A program made the position numbers and the translations under genes. The notes under the pieces were generated by a model, which was not told the origin of the DNA, searched no databases, and was given only the letters and a program-made list of their open reading frames with translations. From assembly GCA_038230375.1 (NCBI GenBank), contig JBBRNJ010000130.1, forward strand, positions 1 through 16,685: DNA of 16,685 nucleotides, given 5' to 3'. Shown in pieces: positions 1 to 10,944 of this stretch. Source of the stretch: Polyangiales bacterium (GTDB taxonomy: Bacteria > Myxococcota_A > Polyangia > Polyangiales > Polyangiaceae). Within the stretch, counting starts at the first letter, position 1. Each line of letters starts with the position of its first letter.

Positions 1-277
1 GCATGCGCTCGTGCACTTCCTGCCTCACCTCCGGCACGTAGCCGAGTGCCACGCCGACCTCGATGCACGCAAGCGTCTCCCTCGCGCTACCGAGTGCGGT
101 GTGAAACCGCTGCTGCGCGTTCCTTCCACGAGAGTACGACCCCTCCGAGGTATTCAGCGCGATGCTAGCCGCCGCGCGCCGCATCTGTTTCTCCAGCCCC
201 GGATCCTGCCTTCCGATCGCCTCCATTTCCATTCGAAGCATCCCAACCGTCTCGATGATCACGCCGTAAATCCTCAG
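1..277 (-). CDS. Four-helix-bundle protein (23S rRNA intervening-sequence protein-like); 3' end runs off the window; start codon uncertain (CTG 277, GTG 262 or ATG 241)
   Basis: Manual translation of the minus strand gives LRIYGVIIETVGMLRMEMEAIGRQDPGLEKQMRRAAASIALNTSEGSYSRGRNAQQRFHTALGSARETLACIEVGVALGYVPEVRQEVHERM. It carries the family signature QxRRAAxSIxxNxxEG...RF..A.GSA.E....E.....GY. Not in the ORF track because there is no stop within the window. Confidence 0.85.
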   Translation of the reverse strand, partial: MRIYGVIIETVGMLRMEMEAIGRQDPGLEKQMRRAAASIALNTSEGSYSRGRNAQQRFHTALGSARETLACIEVGVALGYVPEVRQEVHERM

Positions 278-288
278 TTCCTGTGCGA

Positions 289-445
289 GCTCCTTTCGGT
301 CGCGCCAGACGGGGCATCGCGCGGAGGACGGGTCAAGGCCCGCGCATTCGGAGCGGACGGGGAGCCGCCCGAAGGGCGACCAGCGCAGCTGGCCTGGCCT
401 TGACGCGTCCGAGCACGATGACACGCTGGTCGACCCGAAAGGAGC
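289..445 (-). other. Long nested imperfect inverted repeat (putative structured RNA leader or REP/MITE-like element)
   Basis: Arm pairs on + coordinates: gctcctttcggtcg 289-302 / cgacccgaaaggagc 431-445 (one bulge); ccag 305-308 / ctgg 426-429; catcgcgc 315-322 / gcacgatg 413-420 (G-U on the minus strand); ggacgggtcaaggcc 326-340 / ggccttgacgcgtcc 396-410 (one mismatch). Small internal hairpins at 366-378 and 380-392. Confidence 0.75.
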
Positions 446-507
446 GACCCCGAGTCCCCGAGCGCGAGCCGCAAAGCCACCGAACCGGTTGCCGGTGAGA
501 CGCCCCC

Positions 508-634
508 GCACCTCGCACCTCGCACCTCGACCTCGACCTCGACCTCGACCTCGACTTCGACACCGACTTCGACTTCGACTTCGACACCGACTTCGACACC
601 GACTTCGACTTCGACACCGACCTCAACCTCGACA

Positions 635-636
<2 letters not shown>
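508..636. repeat. Compound short tandem repeat: 3 x GCACCTC followed by 18 degenerate hexamers (GACCTC/GACTTC/GACACC, one AACCTC, one GACATC)
   Basis: Read directly: heptamers at 508-528, hexamers at 529-636. The last unit overlaps the polA stop codon (635-637). Confidence 0.95.
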
Positions 637-3424
<2,788 letters not shown>

Positions 3425-3634
3425 GACGACCGCCGTTTTAGCAGCCTTTTCGCGCCCGTACCCCTCCTTCGTGGGGGCCTCCCGAGCATCCTGGACCGGG
3501 GGTATCCGGGCTGGTAGCCTAGTAAGGTCTGCAGAGCCCCAGGGCTCCGCGCTTGCTTCGTCATCTCGCTTTGGACCGAACATCCTCGTCGTGCGTCGGA
3601 TCGTTCGGACTTCTTGTTGGGGAAAAATATCACC

Positions 3635-5227
<1,593 letters not shown>

Positions 5228-5254
5228 AAGCCGGCGGACGCTTCGTCCCTCGGA

Positions 5255-6070
5255 CTAGACGAGAGACTCGAGGCCTTCGCGTGCGCCCATGGCCAGGCCG
5301 AGCTGCCCCCGCGGCACCTGTGACTCGCGGACGTTGATGCGGATCAGCGTCGCGCCCGCACGGACCAGCGACTCGCTCATGTGGCGCACCGTGGGGACGG
5401 CCGTGCCCGCGCCGCACTCGATCACGCAGAGCCCTCGCGCGCCAAGTGGCCCGCTCGTCGCCTCGTTCAGGAACTCCTCGTAGCGCGCCTCCTGCGCTGC
5501 GCTGCGTCGGTCGTCCCAGTCGCCGTCACCGAACATGAGGAGCGCCGGACGCGCCACGCCCTTGCAGGTGGGACATCGCGGCAACGGGTCGCGGGCGCGC
5601 ATCGTGTCGAGATCGATGTCTGGCTCGTAGACCGTGGCGTCCTCGAACCAGCCGCAGCCGCTCTGGCACTGCAGGTGGTGGAGCGAGCCGTGGCACTCGA
5701 AGACCTGGTCGCCTCCGAAGCCGGCGCGCTCGAACTGGCCGTCCACGTTCGACGTGAAGACGAACGCCGGACGGCTGTCCGCGAGCTTCTTCATCACGGC
5801 GAACCCCGCGTGCGGCACCGTGCTGCGATAGAGCGCCAGCCGGTGCCCGTAGAACCCCCACGCGAGGCCCGGGTCGTCGCGGAACCACCGCGGGTTCGCG
5901 AGCTCCATGAACCCGAGCCCCAGCTTGGCGAACGGCGGGTAGGCCTTCCAGAAGCCCTCGTTGCCGCGAAAGTCCGGCAATCCGGAGTCCACGCCCATCC
6001 CCGCGCCAGCGGCGAACACGAAACCAGTTGCGCGAGCTACCGCCTCTTTGGCGTCCATGGTGCGGATCAT
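5255..6070 (-). CDS. Sirtuin (Sir2-family NAD-dependent protein deacylase); alternative start ATG 6058
   Basis: GAGMGVDSGLPDFRG, TSNVDGQF, ECHGS (catalytic His), zinc-binding CQSGC and CPTC, ARP..LMFGD, CGAG, RIN motifs. Confidence 0.93.
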   Translation of the reverse strand: MIRTMDAKEAVARATGFVFAAGAGMGVDSGLPDFRGNEGFWKAYPPFAKLGLGFMELANPRWFRDDPGLAWGFYGHRLALYRSTVPHAGFAVMKKLADSRPAFVFTSNVDGQFERAGFGGDQVFECHGSLHHLQCQSGCGWFEDATVYEPDIDLDTMRARDPLPRCPTCKGVARPALLMFGDGDWDDRRSAAQEARYEEFLNEATSGPLGARGLCVIECGAGTAVPTVRHMSESLVRAGATLIRINVRESQVPRGQLGLAMGAREGLESLV

Positions 6071-6110
6071 AGGACGCTCGCGAAAAGTCGGCTATCGTCG
6101 GCACAAGCGT

Positions 6111-7448
6111 ATGAAAAAGATCGTCGCTCTTCTTCTTGGCCTCGCCATCCTTCTCCCCGCCTTCTTCGCCCATGCGGAGCTCTCCGACGGCGAGAAGAAG
6201 AACCTCGCACGCACGCTCTTCAACGAAGGCGTGAAGCTGCAAGAGGATCCCAAGACACCTGACCCGCGCGCCGCGCTCCTGAAGTTCGAGGCCGCGGAGA
6301 AGTACTATCCCGCGCCCACGATCATCCTGCACATCGCGCAGTGTCAGGCGCTCACGGGGCGCCTCATCGACGCGAGCGAGAGCTACAACACGCTCTCCAA
6401 GTGGAAGATCCAGGACAGCGATCCGCCGCTCTTCAAGCAGGCGCAGGAGCAGGGCGCCGCAGAGGCCGCAGGCGTCAAATCGCGCATCCCCATGGTCAAG
6501 GTGGAGGTGAGCCCGCCGGCGGCCTCGCTCCAGAACTTGCAGATTACATTCAATGACAAGGGCATGCCGCCGGAGCTCATCGGCGTGGCGCACCAGATGG
6601 ATCCCGGGACGTACCGCGTGGCCGCGTACGCGAACGGCTACATCCTGAAGGAGCCATCGGGCGACGTCGTCATCAAGGACCGGGACAGCAAGACGATCAG
6701 CATCGTGCTCACGCCCGTCGGTGGTGGAGCGCCTCCGATCGTCGTCGCGCCTGTGAACACGGGCAATCCGCCGCCCGCCAACACCGCCACGCCGGCCGGC
6801 ACGACAGCGCCCTATCCGCCGCCGCCGCCGCCGAAGAAGACCGACAAGGGCTTCCTCGTGGGCGCTCACCTCGCGCTCAACGTCCCCTTCGGCGACCTGC
6901 CGAGCGCGATCAGCACCAATTCGGTCGCCCTGGGCGACACCGTCAGCAATGGGTATGGCATCGGGCTGGACGGCGGGTTCCGCCTCGCGAACTTCTTCTA
7001 CCTGGGGCTCACTGCGGAGTACGGCGGCTTCGGCGCCGGCAAGCTGACCGGCGACGCCAACAGGTTCCCCAACGCCACGTTCACCGCAAACGAGTTCATG
7101 TTCGGTGGTGAGGTCGGCATCATCTCGAGCCCCGACAAGTTTGCGTTCTTCGGGACCGTTGGTCTCGACCTGCGGATCCTGAAGGAGTCGATCGCGGGGG
7201 GGGCCGCAGAGCTGCCGATGGGCGGTCGCGACGCGACGTTCTCCGGCCTCGAGGTCTTCGGAAAGCTGGGCGTCGCCATCCCGATCTCGAAGGTCCGCCT
7301 CGTTCCTTATGGCGAGCTCGCGCTCGGAAGCATGGGTCGCACCAGCACCGACGGAGTCACGAACCCACGCGTGAATGCGGCCACCGATACCGCGCTCCAC
7401 GGCATCCTCATGGTCGGCATGACGGTGTTCTACATGGACAACCTGTAA
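6111..7448 (+). CDS. Exported protein: signal peptide, TPR-like helices, PEGA/Ig-like domain, Pro-rich linker, C-terminal predicted outer-membrane beta-barrel
   Basis: MKKIVALLLGLAILLPAFFAHA signal peptide; ARTLFNEG...AALLKFEAAEKYYPAPTIILHIAQCQALTGRLIDASESY is TPR-like; MDPGTYRVAAYANGY is PEGA-like; PYPPPPPPKK linker; amphipathic Gly/aromatic strands (GFLVGAHLAL, YGIGLDGGFRL, FYLGLTAEY, LVPYGELALG). Domain calls are by pattern only. Confidence 0.75.
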   Translation: MKKIVALLLGLAILLPAFFAHAELSDGEKKNLARTLFNEGVKLQEDPKTPDPRAALLKFEAAEKYYPAPTIILHIAQCQALTGRLIDASESYNTLSKWKIQDSDPPLFKQAQEQGAAEAAGVKSRIPMVKVEVSPPAASLQNLQITFNDKGMPPELIGVAHQMDPGTYRVAAYANGYILKEPSGDVVIKDRDSKTISIVLTPVGGGAPPIVVAPVNTGNPPPANTATPAGTTAPYPPPPPPKKTDKGFLVGAHLALNVPFGDLPSAISTNSVALGDTVSNGYGIGLDGGFRLANFFYLGLTAEYGGFGAGKLTGDANRFPNATFTANEFMFGGEVGIISSPDKFAFFGTVGLDLRILKESIAGGAAELPMGGRDATFSGLEVFGKLGVAIPISKVRLVPYGELALGSMGRTSTDGVTNPRVNAATDTALHGILMVGMTVFYMDNL

Positions 7449-7555
7449 AATTCCGCCATCTCATCCGATGCTTACGGAAGTGGCGTTGGACATCTTGCTG
7501 CAACGAAATACAAGTCGGTGACAAAGGCCGGGGGGCCCGGTGCCAAGCTCCCCTC

Positions 7556-9139
7556 ATGCATTGGATCCTGTGCGTGGCCTACTTTGCCGTGTTGGCGCTC
7601 CTGTCGATGTACGGCCTTCACCGTTCCCACCTGGTCCTCACCGTCATCCGCCTCCGCAAGAAGCTCCGCGCCATGCGGGCCTCCGCCAAGACGCTGGAGC
7701 TCCACGGTGAGCCGGGCGCCCGGACGGCCGCCACGGACGTCCCCCACGTCACGATCCAGCTTCCCCTCTACAACGAGGCCACCGTCGCGCGCCGCCTGCT
7801 CGACCACGTTTCGCGCATCGACTATCCGCGCGAGCGGCTGGAGATCCAGGTCCTGGACGACTCCACGGACGAGACCCGCGCCATCGTGCGCGGCCACGTC
7901 AACGAGCTTGCGGAGACGGGGCTCGACATCGTCTACCTCCACCGGGTGGACCGTACTGGCTACAAGGCCGGCGCACTCGACGCGGGCCTGACGGTCGCCA
8001 AGGGCGAGCTCGTCGCCATCTTCGACGCCGACTTTCTTCCGCAGCCGGACTTCCTGGTGCAGCTCGTCCCGCATTTCATGGACGAGCCGCGCATGGGCAT
8101 GGTCCAGGCGCGCTGGGGTCACATGAACCGCGACGTGTCGCTGCTCACGCGCGTACAGGCGCTCATGCTCGACGGTCACCACCTGGTCGAGAACCGCGCG
8201 CGCTCCGCCGCAGGCTGGCTCTTCAACTTCTCCGGCACCGGCGGCATGTGGCGCAAGGCCGCCATCGCGGACGCGGGCGGCTGGGAGCACGACACGCTGA
8301 CGGAAGATCTCGACCTCTCGTATCGCGCGCAGATCCGCGGCTGGAAGGCCGTCTACCGCGAGGACGTCGTCACGCCTGCCGAGCTCCCCGAGGACGTCTC
8401 CGCGTTCCGCGCGCAGCAGTTCCGCTGGGCCAAGGGAACCGTGCAGACTGCACGCAAGCTCATGGGCCGCATCTTCGACCCGAAGTCGAACCTCACGCTC
8501 TCGCAGCGCATCGAGGCTCTCTTCCACATGACGCCGCACTTCGCGTACCCGCTCATGGTGTTCCTGTCCGTGCTGCTGCTGCCGGCGCTCATCCTCATGC
8601 CGGCGACCAACCCGCGCACGATGCTCCTCATCGATCTGCCGCTCTGCATCGGCACGACCGGCTCGCTCGCGGCGTTCTACGCCATGGCCGAAGCGGCACA
8701 AGGTCGTCGTCGCTGGGACGCGCTGAAGCAGCTGCCCGCGCTCCTCGCGCTCGGCGCCGGTCTTGCGCCGCACCTATCGAAGGCGGTCTGGGAGGGCATG
8801 CGCTCCATGTCCGGTGAGTTCGTGCGCACGCCGAAGGCCGGCGTCACGAAGGCGGGCGTCCAGCGCTACGCCGCCCGCGCGGACCTCCCGATGATCGAGG
8901 TCGCCCTCGCGCTGGTCTCTTTTGGGTCAGTCGTGGCCTCCGTGGAGACCGGCCACTGGTTCGCAACGCCTTTTGCGATGCTCTTCACGTTCGGGTACGG
9001 CTATGTGGCCTCCCTGGTCGCCAGCGAGCAGCTTACCCGCAAAAAAGCCCTGCTTGCGGCTCCTGCGCTGGACAGTGTCCCCCCCCCGGCAAGGGTCCCG
9101 GAGGGGGCTGCGGAGTCCGAATCCCAGCTCGCGGCGTGA
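7556..9139 (+). CDS. Processive GT2 glycosyltransferase (cellulose synthase-like / CslA-like)
   Basis: QLPLYNE, QVLDDS, GYKAGAL, IFDADF, VQARW, TEDLDLS and QQFRW give the D,D,D,QxxRW signature; one N-terminal and several C-terminal TM segments. Confidence 0.92.
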   Translation: MHWILCVAYFAVLALLSMYGLHRSHLVLTVIRLRKKLRAMRASAKTLELHGEPGARTAATDVPHVTIQLPLYNEATVARRLLDHVSRIDYPRERLEIQVLDDSTDETRAIVRGHVNELAETGLDIVYLHRVDRTGYKAGALDAGLTVAKGELVAIFDADFLPQPDFLVQLVPHFMDEPRMGMVQARWGHMNRDVSLLTRVQALMLDGHHLVENRARSAAGWLFNFSGTGGMWRKAAIADAGGWEHDTLTEDLDLSYRAQIRGWKAVYREDVVTPAELPEDVSAFRAQQFRWAKGTVQTARKLMGRIFDPKSNLTLSQRIEALFHMTPHFAYPLMVFLSVLLLPALILMPATNPRTMLLIDLPLCIGTTGSLAAFYAMAEAAQGRRRWDALKQLPALLALGAGLAPHLSKAVWEGMRSMSGEFVRTPKAGVTKAGVQRYAARADLPMIEVALALVSFGSVVASVETGHWFATPFAMLFTFGYGYVASLVASEQLTRKKALLAAPALDSVPPPARVPEGAAESESQLAA

Positions 9140-9234
9140 TTTTCAGCTTTACGAGGAAAAACGCTGTCTTGTAGTCTCGCTAGGTATTCGCTGCCAGTAT
9201 CCATTGTCAGGGTTACCTGCTGGGGGAACGCGTC

Positions 9235-9582
9235 ATGACGAAAGCTGAAATCGTCCAAGCGCTCTATTCGAAGGTCGGAGGATTTTCGAAGAAAGAGTCT
9301 GCAGACATCGTCGATCTCGTATTCGACATGATGAAGGAGACGCTCGGTCGCGGAGAAAAGATCAAGATCAGCGGCTTCGGCAACTTCGTCCTCAGGGACA
9401 AGCGGCAGAGGCCGGGGCGCAACCCGCAGACGGGTGACCCGATCCAGATCAGCGAGAGGCGCGTCCTCACGTTCAAGGCGAGCCAGATCCTGAAGCAAGC
9501 GTTGAACCCGCGCGGGCAGAACGCTGCCGCCGGTCACGAAGCCGCCCGAACCGAAGGCGCCAACGTGGACCACAAGGAATAG
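9235..9582 (+). CDS. ihfA: Integration host factor subunit alpha
   Basis: MTKAEI...GEKIKISGFGNFVLRDKRQRPGRNPQTG..I.ISERRVLTFKASQILK; followed by a MerR-type gene as is usual for ihfA. Confidence 0.93.
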   Translation: MTKAEIVQALYSKVGGFSKKESADIVDLVFDMMKETLGRGEKIKISGFGNFVLRDKRQRPGRNPQTGDPIQISERRVLTFKASQILKQALNPRGQNAAAGHEAARTEGANVDHKE

Positions 9583-9634
9583 GGCAACGGATGGTGCGCA
9601 TGCGCTCCAAAGCTCCGCGTTGTAGTCGGCGGTC

Positions 9635-10273
9635 ATGACGGTTCCCCTTCCTCCAAAGCTCTACTTCCGCATCGGCGAGGTCGCCGGTCTCGTTGGCGTG
9701 GAGCCGCACGTGCTCCGCTACTGGGAGCGCGAGTTCCGCAGCATCCGCCCGACCAAGAGCGCGAAGGGGCAGCGCGTGTACTCGCGCAAGGACGTCGAGG
9801 CGCTCATCGTCGTGAAGGATCTGCTGTACGCGCAGGGCTTCACGATCGCGGGCGCGAAGAAGCGGCTCCAGCGAACACCCGACCCTCGTGCGCAAGCGGC
9901 CACGGCTCCGTCCCCGCAGGGCGACCAGTCCGTAGGTGCCCCCGCTGATCACGTCCACGAGCATGCCCACGAGCATGCCCACGAGCATGATGCTGACGAC
10001 GCTGCGTTGCCATCCGCCGGAGCTGCCCTCTCGCTCGGGCGGCAGGCGGAGGAAGCTCTGCTCCGCACGCTCGCCCGACCCATCGCGCAAGTCACGCCTG
10101 CATCCGTGCTCGCGCAACCGACACCAGCTCAGGGCCAGGCCCCCATCGCGACGCAAGCGAAGCGCGTCTTGCCGACGAACGGTTCTCAGCGGCGAGAAGT
10201 GGAAGGCACGCGCAAGGCGCTGATCTCCCTCCGCGCAGAGGTCGAAGCGCTGCTGTCCGAACTCGGCGGCTGA
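9635..10273 (+). CDS. MerR-family HTH regulator (ihfA-associated type) with low-complexity, His-rich C-terminal extension
   Basis: [27 protein letters not shown]...[13 protein letters not shown]...[18 protein letters not shown]; terminal amphipathic helix [18 protein letters not shown]. Confidence 0.9.
   Translation: MTVPLPPKLYFRIGEVAGLVGVEPHVLRYWEREFRSIRPTKSAKGQRVYSRKDVEALIVVKDLLYAQGFTIAGAKKRLQRTPDPRAQAATAPSPQGDQSVGAPADHVHEHAHEHAHEHDADDAALPSAGAALSLGRQAEEALLRTLARPIAQVTPASVLAQPTPAQGQAPIATQAKRVLPTNGSQRREVEGTRKALISLRAEVEALLSELGG
9955..9989 (+). repeat. In-frame 12-bp tandem repeat (CCACGAGCATGC, about 3 copies) encoding HEHA units
   Basis: Copies at 9955-9966, 9967-9978 and 9979-9989 (last one is one base short). 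Confidence 0.9.
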
Positions 10274-10292
10274 GCGTGAGGCCATCACGCGC

Positions 10293-10874
10293 GTGAACGT
10301 CCAGCCGCTCGCGCTCGACCCGAGCTTCGTTGCAGACACGACGATCACGGCGCCAGTGCCCACGTCCATGGACCTCACGGCGATCTCCTTCGAGGCACGG
10401 AGGCACGGCGACGATGTCGCGCTCGCGGCTTGTTTCACCGCGCCATTACGTCATGGCTTCTCGCGGGATGAGGTCGCGCCGCTCGCGATCGACGCGCTGC
10501 GAGACCTGGGCGTGCGCAAGCTCGGCCTCGTCGATGCGACGAACGGCACACTCACGGACGTAGGCCCCGTCATTCGGCGGGTCGACGCGGCACGTACCCC
10601 TGCAGGCGTCGCCGCGACGGTGGTCTCCGATCTCGGCTTCACGCAGAGCGGCGATCTCGTGGCCTGCGTCTCGGGCTGCACCAACGACACTGCGTGCGGT
10701 CAGGCGATCCGCGCGCCACGCCTCGCGGGCGACCTCGCCGCGGCTCCACCGCCTGGGCTCGCGATGGAGCTGCTGCTGGGCGGCGTCCATCACCCCGAGG
10801 GGGCTGTCGCGTTGGGCCTGGCGGCCGCGCTCGCGCTCTCGGTCGTGGCCGTGCATTTCCGCCGGTATTCGTGA
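10293..10874 (+). CDS. Hypothetical protein with C-terminal TM helix and basic tail
   Basis: Fills the gap between co-directional genes with host-like codon use; ends AVALGLAAALALSVVAVHFRRYS; four Cys. No family recognised. Confidence 0.6.
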   Translation: MNVQPLALDPSFVADTTITAPVPTSMDLTAISFEARRHGDDVALAACFTAPLRHGFSRDEVAPLAIDALRDLGVRKLGLVDATNGTLTDVGPVIRRVDAARTPAGVAATVVSDLGFTQSGDLVACVSGCTNDTACGQAIRAPRLAGDLAAAPPPGLAMELLLGGVHHPEGAVALGLAAALALSVVAVHFRRYS

Positions 10875-10944
10875 CCGATCGGCAGCGTTCGCGTCATTTT
10901 TTTGTGTGAATGCGGGGCCTCGCACAGTAGAAAGAAGCCCTCCG

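Noticed and set aside
1..500. Diversity-generating retroelement (Avd) or rRNA intervening sequence
   Set aside because: No reverse transcriptase, TR/VR pair or rRNA sequence in the window; cannot be excluded beyond the left edge.
5255..6070. Anti-phage Sir2 NADase or macrodomain-linked SirTM
   Set aside because: Stand-alone zinc-binding sirtuin with the catalytic His; no defence partner or macrodomain nearby.
5961..6110. Upstream extensions in the ORF track (5961; also 10906 and 13093)
   Set aside because: Signal peptides or the receiver domain begin at the downstream ATGs 6111, 10945 and 13180.
10875..10905. Intrinsic terminator at the T7 run
   Set aside because: No convincing stem directly precedes the T tract.
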